Shown here one piece after another: positions 9,486 through 18,502 of a stretch of DNA of 64,000 bases. Position numbers and translations under genes: made by a program. The stretch covers positions 2,717 to 66,716 of the forward strand of contig CAZXLF010000002.1 in NCBI GenBank assembly GCA_964642015.1. Reading direction: 5' to 3'. A model generated the notes under the pieces. The model saw only the letters and a list, made by a program, of their open reading frames with translations. It was not told the DNA's origin and did not search any database. Position 1 is the stretch's first letter. The number at the start of each line of letters is the position of its first letter. The stretch comes from an uncultured Planctomycetia bacterium. GTDB taxonomy: Bacteria; Omnitrophota; Gorgyraeia; 2-02-FULL-51-18.

Positions 9486-10196
9486 CTAGACGGTTTTTTT
9501 ATTTTTGGGATGATTTTTTTTTCTGTCCAAGGAGGCCTTCAGCGCTTTCGCGAACTCGGCTGAAAGATATTGGCGCTGTCTGAGCGTGTTATTTTCATCG
9601 TGGAGGCGCCTGAATAACACAAGCTCTTTGACAGAGGTCATTTTTAGTCCAAGATCTTTGGCTTGCAGATGCCAGTTCAAAAATTCAGTGACCTTCCATT
9701 CCGGTTCAAAGAAACCGACTTTTAAAAAAGAAGCTTTTTTGATGAGTAAAGCGCCCGGGCAAATACCGCTCATGGGTTCTGTCGGGCGCTTGAGAGCTTT
9801 TTCCTTTTCAACGGTGAGTTCGGGAGAAAGAAAATTCCGGATCTGCCCAAATACCATATCCAAAGATTTATCATTGCTGAAAGGCGCCATCATTAATTCA
9901 AGACGATTCTCGGGCCAAACGTCATCGGCATCGAGAAAGGCGATATATTCTCCTTGGGCTAAAGTCACGCCGCGATTTTTCGGCGAAGCAAGCCCTTGAT
10001 GTTCTTGATAAAAATAGCGGATCTTCGCGCCGTAGCTTTGCGCTATTTTTTCGGTATCATCCGTCGAGCCGTCATTGATAACGATGATTTCGGTTGAAGG
10101 ATAAGTTTGGACAATCGCGCTGTCTATAGCTTCTCGCAGATATCGACCGTAGTTGTAAGCTGCAATGATGACGCTGATCAGAGGGGATCGTTTCAA
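9486..10196 (-). CDS. Glycosyltransferase family 2
   Basis: ISVIIAAYN, INDGSTD, FLDADD, RRLHDEN. Confidence 0.9.
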   Translation of the reverse strand: MKRSPLISVIIAAYNYGRYLREAIDSAIVQTYPSTEIIVINDGSTDDTEKIAQSYGAKIRYFYQEHQGLASPKNRGVTLAQGEYIAFLDADDVWPENRLELMMAPFSNDKSLDMVFGQIRNFLSPELTVEKEKALKRPTEPMSGICPGALLIKKASFLKVGFFEPEWKVTEFLNWHLQAKDLGLKMTSVKELVLFRRLHDENNTLRQRQYLSAEFAKALKASLDRKKNHPKNKKTV

Positions 10197-10260
10197 TAGA
10201 TTCTCCGCGTTTCGAAAAAGCCCAACGATTTATTCAGATCTTATCCTAACATGATGAGAA

Positions 10261-11358
10261 TTAATTAGGCGTTTTCTTTTTTAGAAGTTTATTCACCGCT
10301 GCCATGGGTAATTTCCACCATTTTTTTACATGCCATCGGTACATCAGATAAACGCGGAATCCCGATATTTTGGTAAACCAATTTTCAGATCGCATGCCGC
10401 GGTAAAATTGAGACCAAATATCCAGAGCTTTTCTAAATCTAGATCGACCGTTGCCGATAAAAGGAGAAGTATTTAATACCAAGCAGACACGCTCATCGAT
10501 GGATATTTCCAGCGCATCGAGTTCTTTCAAGACCGTTTTAGGAGCAGAGGTTCCGAGCGTTTCCATTAAATAATGAAGGCCGATGCGTAAAGCCAGACAA
10601 CGGTTTTGCCGTTTTGATCTTTCGATCACTGTGTTCCAATCAACCGGAAAGGCAGTGCTATTGACCAGCACGAACATATCCGAGACCCAACGAAGATTCC
10701 ACGCTTTCGGCTCCTGCATGAAGTGTAAAAGATCTGTTGGGCTGAGCGCCGGTACACTGATATCGTCCAAAGAAACGGCGATGGCATTTTCCCAATTTTT
10801 TTCATTGGCGAACCAATGCACGTCAATTCTTGCACCTTCTTTGTTTTCGAACTCTTTGGCGAATGAATAATCACTCACGCGGTTCCATCCGGACTCTTCC
10901 AATATCCTCAAAGCATCGTTCAGATTTTCGGGTTTGACGATAATATCCACGTCTTTCATATAACGGACACCCATGTCGCAATAGTGAGTCGTCGCTATAG
11001 ATGCTCCTTTGAAGATCATGACTTTTATGCCGCATTCGTTCATTTTTTTGATCGCCGATGCAGCCGAATGCAAAAGGATCTGATTTTTCGTCCATGTATG
11101 GCGGTAAACACCACGGTATTTGGCTGGAAGCAGTTCGCTGCGCCCATGTTTTTCCAGATTTCGAAAGAACAAAGGCAGAAGGGTATATGCTGCTTGTTCG
11201 AATTCTGCTTCTATCTCTTGCGGAGACAGTGGGCGAGAGAATTGTTCCCAACTTTTGAGAGCTTCATCGCCCTGCAGAAGGGACGCGCGTAAAAGCTGTT
11301 CATGTTCCGCCGTGAAGAGTTTTTTTAAAGGATAAATTTCGGTTTTTGTTTTTTTCAT
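10261..11358 (-). CDS. Nucleotidyltransferase family protein (NTP_transf_5-like)
   Basis: MIFKGASI...HY...GVRYMKDVDIIV, IDVHW, LRWVSD motifs. Confidence 0.85.
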   Translation of the reverse strand: MKKTKTEIYPLKKLFTAEHEQLLRASLLQGDEALKSWEQFSRPLSPQEIEAEFEQAAYTLLPLFFRNLEKHGRSELLPAKYRGVYRHTWTKNQILLHSAASAIKKMNECGIKVMIFKGASIATTHYCDMGVRYMKDVDIIVKPENLNDALRILEESGWNRVSDYSFAKEFENKEGARIDVHWFANEKNWENAIAVSLDDISVPALSPTDLLHFMQEPKAWNLRWVSDMFVLVNSTAFPVDWNTVIERSKRQNRCLALRIGLHYLMETLGTSAPKTVLKELDALEISIDERVCLVLNTSPFIGNGRSRFRKALDIWSQFYRGMRSENWFTKISGFRVYLMYRWHVKKWWKLPMAAVNKLLKKKTPN

Positions 11359-11555
11359 GACATCTTTTCAATATGCTAACAAACGCGCCGCAAGAACGCA
11401 AAACCTTCGCTTTTTTCATTAATGCCGAAAAACTTTATCAGACTGACGAATTTGGTATTAAATATAAGACCGGATATGGTCTGTAAATTTATTTAGATCC
11501 GCCGAGCCCTAAAAGGGTCTTCCCAGCCTCTAGGATCTCATGGTAACATAAAAAA

Positions 11556-13016
11556 ATGCAGGATATTTCGGCCCCATCAAATAATGCTTCGGGCGATCTT
11601 ATAAGCGTGATCATTCCTGCTTGGAACAGAGCTGCGTTCCTGGCGGATGCGATCGAGAGCGTGAATCAACAAAGACACGAAGCGCTCGAGATCATTGTCA
11701 TAGACGATGGGTCAACCGACGATACCCGAAAGATAGCGGAACAATTGAAGGGGAATATCCGCTATATTTTGCAACCTCACCGCGGTGTTGCGGCTGCGCG
11801 CAACGCCGGCATAAAAGCCGCGCGCGGAAACATCATCGCGTTTCTCGACACAGATGACCTCTGGCCTCCCTACAAATTGAACATCCAGCTCGATGCGTTG
11901 AAAAATGGCGCGTTTGAAATGGTTCTGGGCGCGTCTCGCATAGTAAAGCTTTGTGAAAATAGGCAAGAGCCGTTTGTGAGAAATAATTTATCGCCTACAT
12001 TTTCATATCATTTATCGAGCGGACTTTATCAACGAAGTGTTTTTGACAAGATCGGCTTGTTTGACGAGCGTTTGACGCCGAGCGATGATGTTGATTGGTT
12101 TCTTCGGGCACAAGAAGCGGAAGTCCGCGCTTTGATTTTAAGTCAGGAAACGGTGATATGGAGACAGCATGACAACAACATCAGCGTGGGCAAATCGATC
12201 AAAGAGCTGAACCTTTTTAAAGTTTTGAAGGGATCTGTCGACCGGCGCTCGAACGTCAAAAAGAATTTCACTGCGTTTCGTACGTTTGAATATCAAAAGC
12301 CGGATCTTATGGAGGAGCCGCTTATAAGTGTTGTCGTGCCCGTTTGCAATGGCGCGCGCTTTCTGGCAATGGCGCTCAGAAGTATTTTTGATCAATTCTA
12401 CCGTAATTTCGAAGTGATCGTTGTTGATGACGGGTCCGATGATAACAGCGCGGAGATCATAGGCTCGTTCCCAAAAATTACCGCGATCCGCCAAAAAAGA
12501 AAAGGTGTCGCAACCGCTCGCAACACCGGCATCGATGCCGCTCGGGGTGAATTCATCGCTTTTTTAGACCAAGACGATCTTTGGATGCCCAGTAAACTGT
12601 GTTTGCAGATAGCCTGCCATTTAAAGAACTCTAACATCGGTTATTCGCTGACAGGTGAAAAAATTTTTATCGAACCCGGTTCGCCGAGCCCGGCGTGGCT
12701 TAGGAGAGAGATGTTCGATGATCATATTGGTCATGTTCTAGGGGCGATCATGATTAAAAAAAATATTTTTGAACGCGTCGGACTTTTTGATCCAGCGTAC
12801 GAGATCGTTAGTGACGCAGATTGGCTTTTCCGCGCAAAGGATGCCGGAATAACCGCTTATCAATTGACAGACACATTACTTTTGAGAAGGATCCACCAGA
12901 ATAATGTTACTCACCGGCAGTCAGAAATGCGCGCTGAGCTTATGAGATCGCTCAAGGCGTCTGTGGACAGGCAAAATGCGGCTAAAGGTCGTCCATTGAA
13001 ACCTTACGCGGGTTGA
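11556..13016 (+). CDS. Tandem double-domain glycosyltransferase family 2
   Basis: Two GT2 domains (ISVIIPAWN..DDGSTD..FLDTDD and ISVVVPVCN..DDGSDD..FLDQDD). Confidence 0.9.
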   Translation: MQDISAPSNNASGDLISVIIPAWNRAAFLADAIESVNQQRHEALEIIVIDDGSTDDTRKIAEQLKGNIRYILQPHRGVAAARNAGIKAARGNIIAFLDTDDLWPPYKLNIQLDALKNGAFEMVLGASRIVKLCENRQEPFVRNNLSPTFSYHLSSGLYQRSVFDKIGLFDERLTPSDDVDWFLRAQEAEVRALILSQETVIWRQHDNNISVGKSIKELNLFKVLKGSVDRRSNVKKNFTAFRTFEYQKPDLMEEPLISVVVPVCNGARFLAMALRSIFDQFYRNFEVIVVDDGSDDNSAEIIGSFPKITAIRQKRKGVATARNTGIDAARGEFIAFLDQDDLWMPSKLCLQIACHLKNSNIGYSLTGEKIFIEPGSPSPAWLRREMFDDHIGHVLGAIMIKKNIFERVGLFDPAYEIVSDADWLFRAKDAGITAYQLTDTLLLRRIHQNNVTHRQSEMRAELMRSLKASVDRQNAAKGRPLKPYAG

Positions 13017-13031
13017 ACGAAAGATCCCTTT

Positions 13032-14171
13032 TTAAGATTTGTCGGCAAAAAGCAAAGGAAGCGAAACGCTTCTCACGGAAGGATCGGCAAATCGAAATAT
13101 CGCTCTATCGATAACGAAATGCATATAAACCGAAGCTGAATTAAAGGCGATGAAAAAGCTTGCTATCCATGGAATAGAGAACGCAGGTTGTAGTAAGGAA
13201 AATAAGATAGGCAAGTTTTTGAACCTATTGGGATTGAACGCAGAATAGATCAGGGGTGTCAGAAAAATGGACACCGCGCACAAGACGAGAACTGTGAGCC
13301 AGAAACGCCGGCTTATGCCACCGATCCATTTGTACCATAGCGAAACCGATTGAGTGTTGCTCCTGTCATTTTGGGCCATGTGGGCGGCGAGGGCTACCGA
13401 AACGATCCAATGTTGGGCTATCCAAAGTATGAAAAAAGATAATGGCTGCAGGAAATAAGCAAGCACGCCCTGAGCCGAAAGGCCTGTCACATAAAGTATT
13501 TTCGGCAGTGAGATCTTTTTAGATCTAAATTCAAAGATGTAAAAAATAACGGTCAGACAAATGATCGAAACCGGCGCGATAATTTTTAGGAAATGAAATA
13601 GAGCGGTAAACGATGTTTGGGGCCACCATCGGTATAAAATGGAATCTTTTACAACTTTTGCGCCGTGCCCCACTTGAGCCAAAGCGACAAGTACGGATCC
13701 TACGGCCAGGCAGAATAATTTTTCGTACTTTTTGAAACCACCGCTCAAATCCTGGCGTGATCGCATGCGATAAATGCTGATAACTCCATAATGCTGAATT
13801 CCTACATGAAAAGTATTATAGAGAAAAAAGATAGTGGCTAATATCTGAGCCTTGACCATTAAACCCAAAGGGATCACGGATAGCGGCATGAATACAAAAG
13901 CGAAGACCGCAAGAAAAATAGCGATCGGCAACAGAACAAAACGCGGATATTGCCGGAGCAAAAGTGGCCGATAAGCCGGATTGCAGAAAGCGTTAAACGA
14001 AGTCGCGAAGCGGTGAGCGATTCCCAGAATTAAAGTAAGGATGATAAAAATTAATCTAAGAATTCTCGGCGCGGAATTATAAACGGCCAATATAACCAAT
14101 AGCCATATTCCTGATAGCATCCAAAATCCATCCCAATAAGCCGACCTTAGCCAGGGATTGGGGTTTTTCAT
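13032..14171 (-). CDS. Polytopic membrane protein with spaced His motifs (possible membrane metalloenzyme)
   Basis: About 9-10 hydrophobic segments; HRFAT, FHVGIQHYG, QHW, MHFVID motifs. Confidence 0.65.
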   Translation of the reverse strand: MKNPNPWLRSAYWDGFWMLSGIWLLVILAVYNSAPRILRLIFIILTLILGIAHRFATSFNAFCNPAYRPLLLRQYPRFVLLPIAIFLAVFAFVFMPLSVIPLGLMVKAQILATIFFLYNTFHVGIQHYGVISIYRMRSRQDLSGGFKKYEKLFCLAVGSVLVALAQVGHGAKVVKDSILYRWWPQTSFTALFHFLKIIAPVSIICLTVIFYIFEFRSKKISLPKILYVTGLSAQGVLAYFLQPLSFFILWIAQHWIVSVALAAHMAQNDRSNTQSVSLWYKWIGGISRRFWLTVLVLCAVSIFLTPLIYSAFNPNRFKNLPILFSLLQPAFSIPWIASFFIAFNSASVYMHFVIDRAIFRFADPSVRSVSLPLLFADKS

Positions 14172-14434
14172 TGGGTGTCGGCACGGGATTTAGAATATAT
14201 TTATTATTATGGACTTTAATTTGATTGTCAAGCGAACTGAATCCGAATTTGAAACGTGCTGCTGCAATTTTGTCCTCAATTCTGCAGAGATATTTTCGGG
14301 TTTATTCAAAATCTTCGTAATTGCGTCAGTTGAAGCGATATATGCTGGTGTAATTTCATTTTTTTTATTATGATAATCATGTCTATACAATAGGAAACGC
14401 TAAAATCACTAAGAAAATCCCTCTCTTAAACTTC

Positions 14435-15160
14435 TTGCTCGATATTTTTGGATCTCCAAAATCCGTAAAACCAAAAATTTTGGTAATAGGCGGTTCTGGT
14501 CATGTTGGCCGATTGATCCTGCCGTTGATGTCAAATGAATTTGATATTACTGTCTATGATCTCGTTAAACCGCCTAAAGGTTCATGGAAATTTGTCCACG
14601 GCGATGTCCTCAATTTTTTGTCGCTTTGCAAAGCTTGTCAAAATCAAGCGGCGATAGTTTATCTGGCCATGGGAAAGCCGGATGATGATATTCATGCTGC
14701 TTATGATGTGAACGTAAAAGGTCTGCATCTTGCGCTTGAAGCGGCTTGGAAGGCTAAAGTTCCGCGAGCTGTTTATGCTAGCACGTTGTCGATTTATGAA
14801 GACCTTCCCCGGTTCGATGAAGGCGGTGCCGATGATGAAGCGATGGCACCAAGGCCAAGCAGGGTATATGGTTTAAGTAAATTTTTCGGTGAAGAAGTCT
14901 GCCGATTTGTTTCCCGAAAACGCGGAATGACAATATTCGCATTGAGGCTTTTTTTACCTGTTTCTCAGGAAGAACGGCGTGAAAAAAGTATCGCAAGACC
15001 CGTTGATTGCCGAACCAGCGCTCCCGATGTTGCGCGTGCGTTTATCGCAGCGCTTAATACCAGGTATCAAGGCTTCGAAGTTTTTCATATCACCGGCGAT
15101 AGAACGGGCAAAGCATTCTCGCATAGCAAAGCCAAAAAGATCCTGAATTGGTCTCTCTAG
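14435..15160 (+). CDS. NAD-dependent epimerase/dehydratase (extended SDR)
   Basis: ILVIGGSGHVG Rossmann motif, YASTLSIY, YGLSK catalytic YxxxK. Confidence 0.85.
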   Translation: MLDIFGSPKSVKPKILVIGGSGHVGRLILPLMSNEFDITVYDLVKPPKGSWKFVHGDVLNFLSLCKACQNQAAIVYLAMGKPDDDIHAAYDVNVKGLHLALEAAWKAKVPRAVYASTLSIYEDLPRFDEGGADDEAMAPRPSRVYGLSKFFGEEVCRFVSRKRGMTIFALRLFLPVSQEERREKSIARPVDCRTSAPDVARAFIAALNTRYQGFEVFHITGDRTGKAFSHSKAKKILNWSL

Positions 15161-15242
15161 CTTTTCCATATAAATTGATATGATTCTGCTGTCAACGGAT
15201 CTAAAGAAGTAAGTTTCGAATTTAGTTTGAGTTTTTGTTTAA

Positions 15243-15271
15243 TTGACGCTCTTGGTCGGGCAGGATAGAAT
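15243..15271 (+). promoter_or_regulatory. Sigma70-type promoter upstream of tRNA-His 5' fragment 1
   Basis: TTGACG-N17-TAGAAT. Confidence 0.65.
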
Positions 15272-15284
15272 ACGTTTTTTCTAT

Positions 15285-15347
15285 GGTGGGCGCCTGCCTG
15301 CCGGCAGGCAGGTAGCTCAGCTGGGTTAGAGCGTCTGACTGTGGCTC
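15285..15347 (+). pseudogene. tRNA-His 5' half (to the anticodon loop), interrupted by a 20 bp palindrome; candidate att site
   Basis: GGTGGGCG + CCTGCCTGCCGGCAGGCAGG + TAGCTCAGCTGGGTTAGAGCGTCTGACTGTGGCTC, matching 22998..23040. Confidence 0.85.
15293..15312. repeat. REP-like perfect 20 bp palindrome CCTGCCTGCCGGCAGGCAGG
   Basis: Also at 20658..20677 (1 mismatch) and 22915..22934; variants at 23172..23191 and 29599..29610. Confidence 0.85.
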
Positions 15348-15736
15348 TTATCAAGGGCTTTAACACCGTTTCGTTTGGTTTCATTTCTTTTTACAATCCC
15401 TCTACTTAGCGATTTACATGATTTACATGGTGTATGTGACTTAGCTTTGTTTTGGTTGGTGTTTGTCACAATTTTTTCGCATTAAAAATAACCGCGATCA
15501 GAACAACGCGATTCGTTTGAAATAGTTAAACCTCCAGAATATGTAGTCCACGACTATTTAAATTTGACCTCGCAATCAATTGCTTGAAGTCCCAGTTGAA
15601 ACTGTTTTTACTAACTATTTATTATTAAAAGCGATAAGATACTACCCAAATTATGCCGAAAATTTTTAAACGAATATTAAACACCTGCTATATATTATAA
15701 AAAAAAGTACTATAATAATAGGAGAAGGATATCTTT

Positions 15737-16876
15737 GTGAAAGCCATCGCCGTTTTTCCGTCTAAAAAAGAGATCAAGCTTATAGATTATGCTCTTCCCG
15801 AGATAACCAAGCCGACCGACGTCAAAGTCCGTGTTCTCGAAGTCGGTATTTGCGGAACCGATAAAGATATCTGTACATTTCAGTACGGTACTTCGCCGGT
15901 AGGCTCCGAATATTTGGTGATCGGCCATGAGTGTTTGGCCCAGGTGGTCAAGGTCGGTTCGAAAGTATCAGGTCTATCCGTCGGCGATCTGGTGGTGCCG
16001 ATGGTCCGGCGGCCGTGCCATCACCGGAGCTGTTTTGCCTGCCGGGCCGACCGCCAGGATTTTTGCTTCACGGGTGATTTCACCGAGAGAGGCATCAAAG
16101 AGGCGCACGGCTTTATGACGGAGTTTGTCGTCGACGATGAAAAATATTTTAATCGCGTGCCGAAGGAATTACGCGATGTCGCTATTCTTACGGAACCTCT
16201 GACGATCGCTGAGAAAGCGCTGATACAGATCTGGCAGGTGCAGCAGAGACTTCCCTGGGGACCGGGACCGAAAGGGCAAAAGCCGGGTTACTGTCACAAA
16301 GCGGTTGTTTTAGGAGCGGGGCCTGTGGGGCTTTTAGGAGCGATGGCGCTCTTGAATGCGCGTTTTGAAACCACTGTTTATTCGCGCGAATCGATCTCAA
16401 GTCCCGAAGCTTCTTTTATCCAGTCTGTAGGAGGATCTTATGTTTCCTCCGAGGCCGAAACGTTGGATGATTTTGCAAAGCGCATAGGCAATATGGATCT
16501 TGTGTATGAAGCCACGGGAGCCGCGCAGATCTCTTTTGACATGATGAAAGTGTTGGGCACGAATGGTGTCATGGTTTTCACGGGAATCCCCGGAATAAAA
16601 GGCCCGATAGAGGTCGAAGCGGATCAGATCATGAGGAATATGGTGCTGAAGAATCAGGTTTTTTTTGGGACAGTCAATGCGGGCCGCCAAGCGTTTAAGT
16701 CAGCTATTAAGGATCTGGCAATTTTTGAAAAGCGCTGGCCGAAAGCCGTTCGTTCGCTGATCACCGGCCGTTACGAGATGGAGAACTACCGTGATCTTCT
16801 TTTAGGGCCCAAGAAAGGGATAAAAAATATTTTAGTGCTGGATAAAAATCCTACGATAAAAAAGGCGAAAAAATAA
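15737..16876 (+). CDS. Glucose 1-dehydrogenase (zinc-dependent MDR family)
   Basis: GICGTD, GHE, VVPMVRRPC...C..C.....DFC.TG.FTERGI...HGFM, LGAGPVG. Confidence 0.85.
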   Translation: MKAIAVFPSKKEIKLIDYALPEITKPTDVKVRVLEVGICGTDKDICTFQYGTSPVGSEYLVIGHECLAQVVKVGSKVSGLSVGDLVVPMVRRPCHHRSCFACRADRQDFCFTGDFTERGIKEAHGFMTEFVVDDEKYFNRVPKELRDVAILTEPLTIAEKALIQIWQVQQRLPWGPGPKGQKPGYCHKAVVLGAGPVGLLGAMALLNARFETTVYSRESISSPEASFIQSVGGSYVSSEAETLDDFAKRIGNMDLVYEATGAAQISFDMMKVLGTNGVMVFTGIPGIKGPIEVEADQIMRNMVLKNQVFFGTVNAGRQAFKSAIKDLAIFEKRWPKAVRSLITGRYEMENYRDLLLGPKKGIKNILVLDKNPTIKKAKK

Positions 16877-16881
16877 TTTTA

Positions 16882-17517
16882 ATGGTCTCTCATTTGATTG
16901 ATATTTCCGTAACGTTAAAATCCGGAATGGTCCATTGGCCCGGCGACCCGCCGGTTAAGATCACCGGCACGCACTCTATTTCAAAAGGAGATGCTGCGAA
17001 TGTATCGAAGATCGATATGGGCTCTCACACCGGGACTCATATGGACGCGCCGTATCATTTTATTCCGGCCGGAAAAAAAATAGATCAGATGCCGCTTGAC
17101 GCGGTTGTCGGCGAGGCGAGAGTCATAGAAATTCGTGATAAAAAGTCCGTCAAGCCGGAAGAGTTGAGGCGTCATAATATTCGACGCGGTGAAAGAATTT
17201 TAATTAAGACCGTCAATTCATCCCGATGCTGGAAAAAAAATTCGTTCGCGGAAGATTTTGTATATATTTCTCTTGAAGCAGCAAAGTTTTTGGCCGAACG
17301 CCGCATCCGAGCGGTCGGCGTCGATTATCTTTCTGTCGGAGGCTATAAAGAGGATGGTTCTGCCACACACCGCGCGCTTTTAAAAAGCGGGATCTGGATC
17401 ATCGAAGGTTTAAATCTATCGGGTGTAAAAGCCGGAAAGTATGAGCTTATTTGTCTTCCGCTGAAATTTTGGCATGGAGACGGAGCGCCGGCCCGCGCGA
17501 TTTTGAGGAAAAAGTAA
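16882..17517 (+). CDS. Cyclase family metal-dependent hydrolase (kynurenine formamidase-like)
   Basis: HTGTHMDAPYHF motif, VGVDYLS, IIEGL, DGAPARA. Confidence 0.9.
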   Translation: MVSHLIDISVTLKSGMVHWPGDPPVKITGTHSISKGDAANVSKIDMGSHTGTHMDAPYHFIPAGKKIDQMPLDAVVGEARVIEIRDKKSVKPEELRRHNIRRGERILIKTVNSSRCWKKNSFAEDFVYISLEAAKFLAERRIRAVGVDYLSVGGYKEDGSATHRALLKSGIWIIEGLNLSGVKAGKYELICLPLKFWHGDGAPARAILRKK

Positions 17518-17530
17518 AAGGAGAAAAGTT

Positions 17531-18502
17531 ATGGCCAGTAAAATGGAATGGGGACTTGTGGGCATGGGAAAAATGGGAGCGAATCTGGCTCTCCAAGCGC
17601 TTGAAAAAGGCATGAACGTCGTAGGTTTTGATTTGAAAAAAGCGCCGGATGAATATTTGAAAGCGGGCCTTGTTCAGATCCCGCGCATTGAAGATTTTAA
17701 ACAGAAGCTTTCGAAACCGCGCGCTATCTTTGTTTATATTCCCGCAGGACCTGCGGTTGACAAAGTTCTCGATGATCTGGCTTCAAAGCTGGAGGTGGGA
17801 GATATTTTGGTGGACGGAGGAAATTCTTACTGGGGAGATTCGATACGGCGTCACCGGAGATTCAAATCAAAAGGAATTCATTTTGTTGATCTCGGGACCA
17901 GCGGAGGAGTTGACGGTGCGCGTCACGGAGCCTGCTTCATGGCCGGAGGCGAAAAAGAAGCGATAGCCAGGATCGAGCCAATATTAAAAGAGTTGGCGAT
18001 CAAAGACGGCTATGTTCACGCGGGCCCTCCGGGCGCGGGACATTTCACGAAATTGGTTCACAACGGCATTGAATTTGGAATGCTTCAAGCGATCGGCGAA
18101 GGAATAGACCTTTTGGAACATTATCGCGATAAATTGGATGTCGCCGAAGTTTTGCGTTGTTGGCGCCATGGTTCGGTGATCCGTTCGTGGCTTGTGGATC
18201 TTATGGAAGCGGCTTACCGTTCCGACGGCGGTCTTGAAAAAATCCCGCCGTATGTTGAAGATACGGGCGAGGTCAATTGGCTCGTAGACGACGCGATGCA
18301 TATGGAAGTGCCGGTGCCGGTCATCGCACAGTCGGTGATGCAGCTGTTGGCTTCAAGGGACCAAAAAAAATATTGGGCGCGCGCGATCGCAATGATGCGT
18401 CATGGTTTTGGCGGGCATCCTTTCAGCGCGGATCAGGGGATAGTCCGCGAGCGCCGCGAAGGCCGTATCGGAGGATTTTTGAAAGAGGGCCAAGATGCCT
18501 AG
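17531..18502 (+). CDS. gnd: 6-phosphogluconate dehydrogenase, decarboxylating (short-chain type)
   Basis: GMGKMG, VDGGNS, GTSGG..GAR.G, AGHFTKLVHNGIEFG, GSVIRSWL, MRHGFGGH. Confidence 0.9.
   Translation: MASKMEWGLVGMGKMGANLALQALEKGMNVVGFDLKKAPDEYLKAGLVQIPRIEDFKQKLSKPRAIFVYIPAGPAVDKVLDDLASKLEVGDILVDGGNSYWGDSIRRHRRFKSKGIHFVDLGTSGGVDGARHGACFMAGGEKEAIARIEPILKELAIKDGYVHAGPPGAGHFTKLVHNGIEFGMLQAIGEGIDLLEHYRDKLDVAEVLRCWRHGSVIRSWLVDLMEAAYRSDGGLEKIPPYVEDTGEVNWLVDDAMHMEVPVPVIAQSVMQLLASRDQKKYWARAIAMMRHGFGGHPFSADQGIVRERREGRIGGFLKEGQDA

Noticed and set aside
2599-11358. Lasso peptide cluster
   Set aside because: No asparagine-synthetase-like cyclase or transglutaminase-like protease in the window, although genes to the left cannot be seen
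14190-14390. 66-aa ORF as a candidate precursor peptide
   Set aside because: AT-rich intergenic ORF with no RBS, leader motif or core-like composition that I can recognise
15157-15384. 75-aa minus-strand ORF containing LPACRQAG
   Set aside because: Antisense reading of the tRNA-His half, palindrome and promoter
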